From: Armatimonadota bacterium
GTDB lineage: Bacteria > Armatimonadota > SYMT01
Length of the DNA: 37,014 nt
Reading direction: 5' to 3'
Assembly: GCA_046292385.1 (NCBI GenBank)
Contig: JBKBRF010000058.1
Span: 1-37,014, forward strand
The position numbers were made by a program, and so were the translations under genes. Of the stretch, positions 1 to 8,465 are shown in pieces. The notes beneath the pieces are model-generated. The model worked only from the letters and a program-made list of their open reading frames with translations. It was not told the origin of the DNA and ran no database searches. Every line of letters starts with the position of its first letter. Positions within the stretch are counted from its first letter, which is position 1.

Positions 1-88
1 TGATTCCGGCTGTAAAGCGAGTACCCGCCCTGCAGCCGGCAAAACATACTCTGCGCCCCGGGGCGCACCAACTTTACAGCGTGTGACA

Positions 89-190
89 CAAGCCACCGCA
101 CTCCACAGACTGCACCGAGGCAGTCTCCCTTTCGACGAGAGGGAATCTCATCCGGGCTAGCCTGTGGAGTGCGAATGCTTGCTTTCGCGC
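89..190. repeat. REP-like inverted pair (TGGAGTGCG family) enclosing two small hairpins
   Basis: CGCACTCCACAG (97-108) and CTGTGGAGTGCG (162-173) form a perfect 12-bp inverted repeat, extended by CAAGC/GCTTG. AGCCTGTGGAGTGCG recurs at 36771-36785. Confidence 0.7.
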
Positions 191-437
191 CCCGCGCCAG
201 CGGGGCCCCGGAGAAGCTTCCCGATTTCGCCAACAGTATCCGCAAGCGCGTCACTCCGGCAGCACCGAAAAGGGCTGGCTCGCGTTCCGAGCGACGCAGC
301 GGAAGCGCGTATTGCCGTCACGAGAGGGGGTGGAGTGAGCTCCACGGTGGGTTCCGCCGGCAGTCCACTGCCGGCGATCTATGGCTGCGTGCCGGGCGGA
401 AGCAGCACCACCCGCACGGCAACCACCGTCTCCACAG

Positions 438-468
438 CCCTACACGCTACACCCTAATCGCTACCCGC
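438..468 (-). repeat. Heptamer-period repeat (TACACGC/TACACCC family) just downstream of a stop codon
   Basis: 438-455 is the exact reverse complement of 10874-10891 (18 bp). Confidence 0.7.
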
Positions 469-957
469 TTAGTAGTGGCGGAGGCGCAGGATTTTCATCA
501 GCCGCTGGAAGGTGGTGTGCGCGGCGATGCTCTCCGCCTGCATCTCCGCGAGCTGGGGGACGAACGTCTCGCTAATGTGCTGGCGCTCGGCGCGCTCGCG
601 GTCGCCGACGGTCTCGAACTCGGAGCGAAGCCCGCCCAGCTCGCCCAGATCGAGCCAGAAGCCGGCGCAGCCGGGGCACTCGTCCACTTCAACCCCGCTC
701 TGCGGGCTGAAGAGCCGGCGCATCAGCACGGTGCGGTCGCACCGGGGGCAGCTCCGGCGCTTGGAGTGGTCTACCTTCACCGCCGGATCGGCGTGAACGT
801 CGAGGAGCGCCGCCCCGCCCGATTCGTGCTGCTCGTCGACCTTCTGCAGCTCGCGGCGATCGAACCAGATCCCGCCGCAGCCGTCGTCACAGACGTCGAC
901 CACCAGATCGCCCACGGTCTTCTCGGTCAGCGTGCGGTCACAGGCAGGACAAACCAT
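469..957 (-). CDS. Tandem zf-TFIIB-type zinc-ribbon protein
   Basis: Two copies of CPxC...VDxCxxC(G/A)GxW(F/L)DxxEL; AGGAG Shine-Dalgarno upstream of the ATG. Confidence 0.85.
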   Translation of the reverse strand: MVCPACDRTLTEKTVGDLVVDVCDDGCGGIWFDRRELQKVDEQHESGGAALLDVHADPAVKVDHSKRRSCPRCDRTVLMRRLFSPQSGVEVDECPGCAGFWLDLGELGGLRSEFETVGDRERAERQHISETFVPQLAEMQAESIAAHTTFQRLMKILRLRHY

Positions 958-1081
958 GAGGGGGCTCCTTTTCTCCGGGGGCAGACCCCACCGGGCGGGA
1001 CCGATCCCCTACCAGTTCCGAGGGAAGGCGCGGGTCCCCTTCTCGGGTGGGCAAGCAGGCGCGATAGCCACTGCCGCGGGG

Positions 1082-1951
1082 CTACTGCGTGTCGAGCCCG
1101 TAGAAGCGGGCGGCGTTGTCGTGGAAGAGCTTCGCCCGCTCCGCGTAGGAGCGGCCGCGGACGATCGCCCGAAGCGCCTCCACCCACTGCCGGTAGGTCG
1201 CGCCGAGGGTGCAGACCGGCCAGTCGCCACCGAACATCACGCGGTCCGGCCCGAACTCCCGGAGCACGTGCTCCACGATCGGGCGGAGGTCGGCGGCGCT
1301 CCAGCGCTCCGGGTCGACGCTGGCGACGATGCCGGAGACCTTGCAGACGACGTTCGGCCGGCGGGCCATCTCGGCCAGGTCGGCTTCCCACCGGGAGCGG
1401 TCGTTCGTCCGCACCGGGGGATTGCCGCAGTGGTCCAGGATGAACCGGGTCTCCGGGCACTGGGCGATCAACCGGGTGCCGTCCGGGATCTCGGCGTGGC
1501 GCATGCAGAGATCGAAGCTCAGGCCCCGCTCCCCGAGCAGGCGCATCCCCCGGACGAACTCCGGCTTGAGGCAGTAGCCCGCCGGCGTCCCCTCCCCATG
1601 CAGCACCTGGCGCAGTCCCTTGATCTCCGGCACGCCGCGCCAGCGGTCGAGGTACTCCGCAAACCCCGGCTCCGCAGGGCGCCCGGAGATCACCGCCGCC
1701 GCCACCGGGTTATCGGGCCGCCGGCAGAGCTCCACCACGTACTCCGCCTCCGCCACCTGCTGCTCCGGCGCGACGTCGACCTCCATGTAAACGGTCCGCA
1801 TCACGCCGAGCCCCTGCGTCGCCGCGGAGTAGTCGTCCATCACGAAGCTGCGGTCGAGCTTCGGCGCGCCCTTCAGCCACGGCAGCCGGAACCGCGACAG
1901 GTCCCAGAGGTGGTGGTGCGTATCGAGAATGGGTGGGTGGTGGTCGCTCAT
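1082..1951 (-). CDS. Amidohydrolase_2 family protein, L-fuconolactonase-like
   Basis: ILDTHHHLWD, GLRQVLH, ILDHCGNP, CKVSG and FGPDRVMFGGDWPVC motifs. Confidence 0.85.
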   Translation of the reverse strand: MSDHHPPILDTHHHLWDLSRFRLPWLKGAPKLDRSFVMDDYSAATQGLGVMRTVYMEVDVAPEQQVAEAEYVVELCRRPDNPVAAAVISGRPAEPGFAEYLDRWRGVPEIKGLRQVLHGEGTPAGYCLKPEFVRGMRLLGERGLSFDLCMRHAEIPDGTRLIAQCPETRFILDHCGNPPVRTNDRSRWEADLAEMARRPNVVCKVSGIVASVDPERWSAADLRPIVEHVLREFGPDRVMFGGDWPVCTLGATYRQWVEALRAIVRGRSYAERAKLFHDNAARFYGLDTQ

Positions 1952-1965
1952 GGAACCGTGTAAAA

Positions 1966-2187
1966 AGGAGATAAGGGGATGAATTGGAGATGAGGGGGAT
2001 GGGAACCAACCGGACTCAGGCTCCTACTCCCACTCGTAATCTTACTCTTACTCAAGAGCAGGCCGAGCCAGAGCAACTCCCCGCCAAGCGATCAATTCAG
2101 CCGTTCCAGAGGTTCGGAATTCCGCCCTCTGCACTCCAAACTTCAGAGCCCATCCCCAACATCTCCGTCCCCCATCCCCACATCTCC
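1966..2187. repeat. Nested short-period repeat cluster: GGAGAT/GGGGAT inverted arms enclosing CTTACT hexamer and heptamer units
   Basis: AGGAGATAAGGGGATG...GGAGATGAGGGGGATGGG (1966-2003) matches the reverse complement of 2149-2187; hexamers CTCCTACTCCCACTCGTAATCTTACTCTTACTC at 2021-2053. Confidence 0.7.
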
Positions 2188-3555
2188 TGCACGTTCGGAT
2201 TTGTTTCCTCGCCACTGCTCCAGGCGGTCGCGGATCGCGGCTTCGTGGCCGTGGTCGGTCGGCTCGTAGAGGGGGCCGCTCAGGGCGCCTTCGGGGACGT
2301 ACTGCTGGGGCACGTAGCCGCCGGGGTAGTCGTGCGCGTAGCGGTAGCCGCGGCCGTGGCCGAGCTGCTTGGCGCCGCGGTAGTGGCTGTCGCGCAGGTG
2401 GAGCGGGACCGGTCCCTGCGGGCGCTCCCGGAGGTCCTTCTGCACGCGGCCGATCGCCTCCACCACCTTGTTGCTCTTCGGCGCGGTGGCGATGTAGATC
2501 GCCGCCTCCGTCATCGGGATCTGCGCCTCCGGCAGGCCGACCAGCTCCAGTGCCTGGGCGGCGGCGGTGGCGACGAGCAGGGCGGTTGGATCGGCGAGGC
2601 CGACGTCTTCCGCGGCGTGGATCACCATCCGGCGGCAGAGGAAGCGCGGATCTTCTCCGGCGGCGAGCATCCGGTGGAGCCAGTAGACGGCGCCGTCCGG
2701 ATCGGAGCCGCGCATGCTCTTGATGAAGGCGGAGACGATGTCGTAGTGCTGGTCGCCGTCCTTGTCGTAGGCGACCGCCCTCCGCTGGATCGCCTCTTCC
2801 GCCAGCTCCAGCGTCACCCGGCGGCTTCCGTCGGCGTCCTCCGGGGCGGCGAGGACGGCGGTCTCCAGGGCGTTCAGCGCGTTGCGGGCGTCGCCGCCCG
2901 CGATCCGGACCAGGTGCTCTTCCGCTTCGGGGGTCAGCTCCGCGCGGAAGCGCCCCAGGCCGCGCTCCTCGTCGCGCAGCGCCCGTCGCAGCAGCTCCGC
3001 CAAGTCCTCGTCGCGCAGCGCCTCGAAGCGGAAGAGGCGGGAGCGGGAGAGGAGCGGCGTATTGACCTCGAAGTACGGGTTCTCCGTGGTGGCGCCGATC
3101 AGGATGATCGTGCCGTCCTCCACGTGCGGCAGGAACGCGTCCTGCTGCGCCTTGTTGAACCGGTGGATCTCGTCCACAAAGAGGATCGTCCGGCCGCCGG
3201 TCGCCTTCCGCCGCTCCCGCGCCGCCTGGATCGCCTTGCGGACCTCCGCCACGCCGGAGAGCACCGCGCTGAACGTGTCGTAGTGCGCCCGCGTGTGGCG
3301 CGCGATCAGCATGGCGAGGGTGCTCTTGCCGCTGCCGGGCGGCCCCCACAGGATGATGGAGGTGAGGCGGTCCTGCTCGATGGCGCGGCGGAGGAGGGTG
3401 CCTTCGCCGACCACGTGCGCCTGCCCCACGAACTCTTCCAGCGTCCGCGGCCGCATCCGCGCCGCGAGCGGGGCGTTCGGATCGATCTCCGCGGGCGGCG
3501 GGCCGCCCACCGCGGGAGCGGGCGAGGAGTCTTCGGGGAAGAGGCTGCCGGTCAT
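2143..3555 (-). CDS. rarA: Replication-associated recombination protein A (RarA/MgsA AAA+ ATPase)
   Basis: [11 protein letters not shown], Walker [53 protein letters not shown]. Start placed at the ATG at 3555 rather than 3609. Confidence 0.95.
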   Translation of the reverse strand: MTGSLFPEDSSPAPAVGGPPPAEIDPNAPLAARMRPRTLEEFVGQAHVVGEGTLLRRAIEQDRLTSIILWGPPGSGKSTLAMLIARHTRAHYDTFSAVLSGVAEVRKAIQAARERRKATGGRTILFVDEIHRFNKAQQDAFLPHVEDGTIILIGATTENPYFEVNTPLLSRSRLFRFEALRDEDLAELLRRALRDEERGLGRFRAELTPEAEEHLVRIAGGDARNALNALETAVLAAPEDADGSRRVTLELAEEAIQRRAVAYDKDGDQHYDIVSAFIKSMRGSDPDGAVYWLHRMLAAGEDPRFLCRRMVIHAAEDVGLADPTALLVATAAAQALELVGLPEAQIPMTEAAIYIATAPKSNKVVEAIGRVQKDLRERPQGPVPLHLRDSHYRGAKQLGHGRGYRYAHDYPGGYVPQQYVPEGALSGPLYEPTDHGHEAAIRDRLEQWRGNKSERAGDVGMGDGDVGDGL

Positions 3556-3922
3556 GGCTGCGGGCCGCGGGAAGGGGGAGAAGCAGCGAAGCGGCGGGAG
3601 GAGGAGCACCGGCGACTTCCGTCCGCCGCGCCGCCGGTCCTACCGCCGCTCGGAGAAAAGCCCCGCAGTGCCGTGTGTCCTTAAGCTTTTGAACCCGTGT
3701 GGCACGGGTGGAACCCGCTCCCGCGCGAATATCGCGATTCCGGCACGTGCCCGAAGGCCGTTAATTCCGGCTGCCACTCATCGGCAGGAATAATGGGTTC
3801 CGGACTTGAGAGTGTTGGCCCAAAGCCTCAGATGACATCACGCACACCGCAGGGTTGAAACCGTTGGTGACACCCGGAGTCTACCATGCCGCCCCGGTCC
3901 CCGCAATGCCTCCGCGGAAAGG

Positions 3923-3998
3923 ACGGAGTGTCGAGGGCGGAGTGCGGAGTCTTCCGAACACGGGCACTCCTACTCCCAATCGATCTCCTACTCTTACC
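3923..3998. repeat. Heptamer (GCGGAGT-like) plus hexamer (CCTACT/CTTACT-like) repeats, same families as at 2021-2145
   Basis: CGGAGTGTCGAGGGCGGAGTGCGGAGT and CTCCTACTCCC...CTACTCTTACC. Confidence 0.55.
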
Positions 3999-4161
3999 CG
4001 GAGAGCCTCCGAGCGGGGACCGGCGCTGCGGTGAGCGGGAGTCCCTCTCCGGCCCGCTGCGAAGCAGGAATACCCGGCTCGTGCACCTCTACTTACTACC
4101 TGGAGCGCAGTGCGGGACGCGACGGCGCGGTTCGCGGGCCGGCTCCGGGAGGAACAGCGCG

Positions 4162-5172
4162 GTGAAGCGACGAGTGGTTTTGGCAGGCGGTATGGGCTGG
4201 CTGGCGGTAACGGTGACCGGCTGCACCGGCGGATCGGAGCCGGACGCCTCCGGATCGGGCGGCGCCTCGGCGACCGGGGCCGCGGCCGGAACCAAGGGCA
4301 CCATCGGCCTCTCGGTGCTCACTCTCACCAACCCGTTCTTCAAGGTGATCGCGGACAGCATGACCGAGGAGGCGAAGAAGTACGGCTACGACGTCTCCGT
4401 GGTCAGCGGCGAGTTCGACGTCGCCCGGCAGCAGAACCAGGTGAAGGACTTCATCGTGAGCAAGGTCGCCGCGATCGTCCTGACGCCGTGCGACTCGAAG
4501 GCGATCGGCCCCGCCATTAAAGAGGCGAACGCCGCCGGGATCCCGGTCTTCACCGCCGACATCGCCTGCCTCGCCCCGGACGCCGAAGTGGTGACCCACG
4601 TCGCGACCGACAACCTCGGCGGCGGGAAGGAAGCCGCCCAGGCGCTGATCGAGGCGGTCGGCGAGGGCGGCGGCAAGGTCGCGATCCTCAGCTTCCCGCT
4701 CGTGGAGTCATGCATTCTGCGCGTCCAGGGCTTCAAGGAAGTGATCGAGGAGCACAACCGCGCCCATCCGTCCGGCAAGATCGAGATCGTCACGGAGTTG
4801 AACGCCGGCGGCGCCAAGGACCAGGGGTACAAGGTGACCGAGGATATCCTCCAGGCGCACCCCGACCTCCAGGCGATCTTCGCCATCAACGACCCCTCCG
4901 CCCTCGGCGCCCGCGCCGCCCTGGAGAAGGCGGGCAAGGCCGACGCGGTCAAGATCATCGGCTTCGACGGCCAGCCGGAAGGCAAGCAGGCGATCAAGGA
5001 CGGCAAGATCTACGCCGACCCGATCCAGTTCCCGGACCGCATCGGCGTGCAGACCGTGCAGGCGATCGTGAAGCACTTCGAAGGCGAAGAGCTCCCGAAG
5101 GAGATCCTGATCCCCACCGAGCTCTACCGCAAAGCCGACGGCGAAAAGGATCCGGAGCTTTCTAAAGGCTAA
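4162..5172 (+). CDS. CUT2 sugar ABC transporter substrate-binding lipoprotein (RbsB-like)
   Basis: GGAGG upstream of the GTG at 4162; signal KRRVVL...VTGC lipobox; TLTNPFF, GIPVFTAD, IFAINDPSALGA, IIGFDG. Confidence 0.9.
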   Translation: MKRRVVLAGGMGWLAVTVTGCTGGSEPDASGSGGASATGAAAGTKGTIGLSVLTLTNPFFKVIADSMTEEAKKYGYDVSVVSGEFDVARQQNQVKDFIVSKVAAIVLTPCDSKAIGPAIKEANAAGIPVFTADIACLAPDAEVVTHVATDNLGGGKEAAQALIEAVGEGGGKVAILSFPLVESCILRVQGFKEVIEEHNRAHPSGKIEIVTELNAGGAKDQGYKVTEDILQAHPDLQAIFAINDPSALGARAALEKAGKADAVKIIGFDGQPEGKQAIKDGKIYADPIQFPDRIGVQTVQAIVKHFEGEELPKEILIPTELYRKADGEKDPELSKG

Positions 5173-5276
5173 AGGCAAAAGTCTAAAGGCTAAAGTCCGA
5201 ACCCCACTACTCGGGGCGCTACCCTCACCATCGTTGATCTTCTTCTTTTGCCTTTAGCCTTTAGACTTTTGCCTTC
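5161..5276. repeat. Inverted pair of heptamer-period arms (CTAAAGG/CAAAAGT ... CCTTTAG/ACTTTTG)
   Basis: TCTAAAGGCTAAAGGCAAAAGTCTAAAGGCTAAAGT (5161-5196) versus CTTTTGCCTTTAGCCTTTAGACTTTTGCCTT (about 5246-5275). Confidence 0.85.
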
Positions 5277-5284
5277 AAAAAGTT

Positions 5285-6610
5285 ATGCGTCGCTTCCTCT
5301 CCGACTACGGCACCGTCTTCGCGCTCCTGATCCTCTGCGTCTACTTCAGCGTCGTCACCTACACCTCGCAGAAGCCGACCGGGCCGGACGGCGGGCGGGC
5401 GCTGGCGGAGCGGGTGGTCCAGGAAACGGAGCCGGGCGCGCGGGTGCTGGTGGTGGCGCGGGACGGGGCGGAGGATGCCGCCTTCACCGAAGCGGTGGAG
5501 ACCGGCCTGAAGGCGGAAGGCCGCGAGGTGGCCGGCGTGGTGCGCGGGACGCCCGCGCAGGCGCGGCAGGCGCTGGAGCGGGAGGCGGAAGCCGGACGAA
5601 AGGTCGACGTCGTCGCGGCGGAGCAGGCCGCGGGAGCGTGGCCGGTCTTCGAGCGCGCCCGGGAGCAGCATCCGGAGCTGGCGGCGCTGCGGGTGCTCAC
5701 GCCGCCGAGCTTCCAGGGCTCCAACTTCCTGAAGCCGGCGAACCTGCTCAACATCGCGAACCAGATCGCGGTGATTGCGATCGTGGCGATCGGCATGACG
5801 CTGGTGATCATCACCGGCGGGATCGACCTCTCCGTCGGCAGCCTGATCGCCCTCTCCGCGGTGGTGGCGACCTTCCTGATCCGGGACTACGCCGGCGCCG
5901 AGGCGGCGGGTCCGCTGGGGATGACGCTCGCCTGCCTGGGAGCGATGCTCGTCTGCGGGGTGGTGGGGCTCTTCTCCGGGAGCATGATCGCGCTCTTCCG
6001 GATCCCGCCGTTCATCGTGACATTGGCGATGATGCTGGTCGGCAGCGGGCTCGCGTTCCTCCTGGCGCGCGGGCAGTCGGTCTACCAGGTGCCGGCCTCG
6101 TTCGTCTGGCTCGGCCGCGGCGCCGACCTGGGCGTGCCGCGCGCGGTCTGGCTGATGCTCGGCCTCTACGCGCTGGCGCACGTGCTGATGACGCGCACCC
6201 GCGCCGGCCGTCACGTCTACGCCGTGGGGAGCAACGCGGAGGCGGCGCGCCTCTCCGGGGTGGTGGTCGGTAAGACCCTCCTCTGGGTCTACGCCTTCAG
6301 CGGCCTCCTGGCGGGCCTCGGCGGCGTGGTGATGGCGTCGCAGCTCCAGAGCGGCTCTCCCACCTACGGCCAGATGTACGAGCTCTACGTGATCGCGGCG
6401 GTGGTGGTCGGCGGCACCTCCCTGCAGGGCGGCGAGGGACGCATCTTCGGCACGCTGATCGGCGCGCTGATTATCGCCGTGATCCAGAACGGCATGAACC
6501 TGACCGGCGTAGAGAGCTACACTCAAAAGGTGGTGCTCGGCCTGGTGATCCTCGGCGCGGTGCTGTTCGACATGCTAAAACGGCGCGGGCTCCGGAAGGG
6601 GAAGGCCTGA
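5285..6610 (+). CDS. CUT2 sugar ABC permease (RbsC-like) with a ~120-aa soluble insertion after TM1
   Basis: GMTLVIITGGIDLSVGS, IPPFIVTLAM, GRHVYAVGSNAEAARLSG, YELYVIAAVVVGGTSL. Confidence 0.9.
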   Translation: MRRFLSDYGTVFALLILCVYFSVVTYTSQKPTGPDGGRALAERVVQETEPGARVLVVARDGAEDAAFTEAVETGLKAEGREVAGVVRGTPAQARQALEREAEAGRKVDVVAAEQAAGAWPVFERAREQHPELAALRVLTPPSFQGSNFLKPANLLNIANQIAVIAIVAIGMTLVIITGGIDLSVGSLIALSAVVATFLIRDYAGAEAAGPLGMTLACLGAMLVCGVVGLFSGSMIALFRIPPFIVTLAMMLVGSGLAFLLARGQSVYQVPASFVWLGRGADLGVPRAVWLMLGLYALAHVLMTRTRAGRHVYAVGSNAEAARLSGVVVGKTLLWVYAFSGLLAGLGGVVMASQLQSGSPTYGQMYELYVIAAVVVGGTSLQGGEGRIFGTLIGALIIAVIQNGMNLTGVESYTQKVVLGLVILGAVLFDMLKRRGLRKGKA

Positions 6611-6645
6611 CCACACGCCAGGCCTCCCGAGAGAGGCCCGCGCGG

Positions 6646-6772
6646 CCGCGAGGGAATGAATTCCCTCGCTGGACGGCCTTCGGCCACGCGTCCTCCGGAC
6701 GCCCAAACCAGGCCCATCTGAGTCCGCGGAGGCGGACTTCGTGCCGCGGTTGCCGCGGTTTCAACCGCCCGG
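6646..6772 (+). repeat. REP-like multi-hairpin element, second copy at 15940-16030
   Basis: GCGAGGGAAT-GA-ATTCCCTCGC hairpin; 6664-6708 is 43/45 identical to 15958-16002; further hairpins AGTCCGC-GGAG-GCGGACT and GCGGTTTCAACCGC. Confidence 0.8.
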
Positions 6773-6801
6773 ACCCAGAACGCTCACCCGAGAGAATTGC
6801 C

Positions 6802-8442
6802 ATGAAGACGCTACCGATCCGCCGTCTCCTCACCGGCCTCGGCCTGGCCGCCGCGCTCGCCCTGGGGGTGCGCGAGGGCGCCGCGCAGGGGCTGGGCGAC
6901 CTGGCCCACCCGCAGGAGGGGCGCAGCCGCCGCGTCACCTCCACCTTCCGGGAAGGGGCGGGCGGGCGGTACGACCGGAACGCCCCGCCGAAGGGCGACC
7001 GCGAGGAGCGGAGCAACTTCGACAACTTCCGCGTGGCGCCGGGCGAGACCCACGTGCTGATGGACGAGAAGGGGCCCGGCGTCATCACCCACATCTGGAT
7101 GACGTTCCTCGGGCCGGAGCCGCAGGACTGGGCCCCCCTGGGCTCCGCCACGCACCAGGACATGCTGCTGCGCATCTACTGGGACGGCAGCAAGCGGCCG
7201 GCGGTCGAGGCGCCGGTGGGCGATTTCTTCGCCAACTGCTTCGGCAAGCGCAGCGAGGTTCGCAGTCTGCCGGTAGTGGTGGAAGACGCCGACTCCTACA
7301 ACTGCTTCTGGCACATGCCGTTCCGGAAGTCGGCGCGGATCGAGATCGTCAACCAGGGCGAGCAGCCGGTCAACCTGCTCTACTACAACATCGACTGGAT
7401 CGAGAAGCGCAGCCTGCCCGCCGACACGCCCTACTTCTACGCCCAGTACCGCCAGGAGTACCCGGTGAAGTCCGGTGAGGACTACGTGGTGCTCGACACG
7501 AAGGGGAAGGGCCACTACGTCGGCACGGTGCTGGCGGTCCGCACCCGCAGCCCCTCCTGGTTCGGCGAGGGCGACGAGAAGATCTACATCGACGGCGAGG
7601 AGCAGCCCTCCATCTGGGGCACCGGCACGGAAGACTACTTCCTCTCCGCCTGGGGTCTCAAGACCACCAGCACGCCGTTCTTCGGGGTCCCGTACTTCGA
7701 CCAATGGGGCATCCTGGGCGGCCACACCAGCGCCTACCGCTGGCACGTGGCGGACCCGCTCGTCTTCAATAAGGGCCTCAAGGTGACGTTCGAGCACTCC
7801 GGCTGGATCTCGCCGGACGAGAACCCGGAGTACAGGAGCACGAGCTGGAACGAGCGGGAGGACGACTTCTCCAGCGTCGCCTTCTGGTACCAGACCGGCA
7901 CGCCCACCTTTACCGCCCGCGCGCCGCACGCCCGGGAGCGCCGCCTGCCGAGCCTGGAGCGGGAGACCGCCTACGCGCGCGACGTCACCGGCGCCGCCTC
8001 CCACGGCGAAGGGCGCGTCGTCCGCCAGCAGCTTGCCCTCTACCCGGGGCCGCAGCTCCTCTACATGCCCCAGCAGCAGGAGGGCGCGTGGCTGGAGATC
8101 CCGTTCGAGGTGAAGAAGAAAGAGCCGCTGCGCCTGGTGCTGAACATGACGAAGTCGTACGACTTCGGGCGCTACCAGCCGTATCTGAACGGGGTGCGCC
8201 TCGGCGGCCCGATCGATCTCTACAGCGCGGACGTCGCGAGCCAGGAATTCCACCTGCTCGACTTCTGGCCCGACCCGGGCCGGTACACGCTGCGGCTGGA
8301 GTGCGCGGGTAAGAGCCCGCAGTCGAGCGGATACTACCTAGGGATCGAGTCGGTCCGCCTGCGGGAGCGCCGCCCGCGCGTCGCCGCGATGGGCCACGAC
8401 CGGAACAAAGACTGGAAGAAGGAGCCGGTGCTCTACCGGTAG
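6802..8442 (+). CDS. Secreted DUF2961/GH172-family glycoside hydrolase with an extra C-terminal beta-sandwich domain
   Basis: Signal peptide; GPGVITHIWMT, LRIYWDG...VEAPVGDFF, NCFWHMPF, WFGEGDEKIYIDGE, GTGTEDYF, SSVAFWYQ. Confidence 0.85.
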   Translation: MKTLPIRRLLTGLGLAAALALGVREGAAQGLGDLAHPQEGRSRRVTSTFREGAGGRYDRNAPPKGDREERSNFDNFRVAPGETHVLMDEKGPGVITHIWMTFLGPEPQDWAPLGSATHQDMLLRIYWDGSKRPAVEAPVGDFFANCFGKRSEVRSLPVVVEDADSYNCFWHMPFRKSARIEIVNQGEQPVNLLYYNIDWIEKRSLPADTPYFYAQYRQEYPVKSGEDYVVLDTKGKGHYVGTVLAVRTRSPSWFGEGDEKIYIDGEEQPSIWGTGTEDYFLSAWGLKTTSTPFFGVPYFDQWGILGGHTSAYRWHVADPLVFNKGLKVTFEHSGWISPDENPEYRSTSWNEREDDFSSVAFWYQTGTPTFTARAPHARERRLPSLERETAYARDVTGAASHGEGRVVRQQLALYPGPQLLYMPQQQEGAWLEIPFEVKKKEPLRLVLNMTKSYDFGRYQPYLNGVRLGGPIDLYSADVASQEFHLLDFWPDPGRYTLRLECAGKSPQSSGYYLGIESVRLRERRPRVAAMGHDRNKDWKKEPVLYR

Positions 8443-8465
8443 CAAGCGAGAAGTAGAGAGAAGAG

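Noticed and set aside
3845..3870. GGGTTGAAACCGTTGG as a lone CRISPR repeat/anti-repeat or LacI-family operator
   Set aside because: Only TTGAAAC is shared with the repeat; the operator palindrome is half-formed and no regulator gene is present in the window.
3886..4161. 92-aa N-terminal extension of the first SBP
   Set aside because: Runs through repeats; the RBS and lipoprotein signal support the GTG at 4162.
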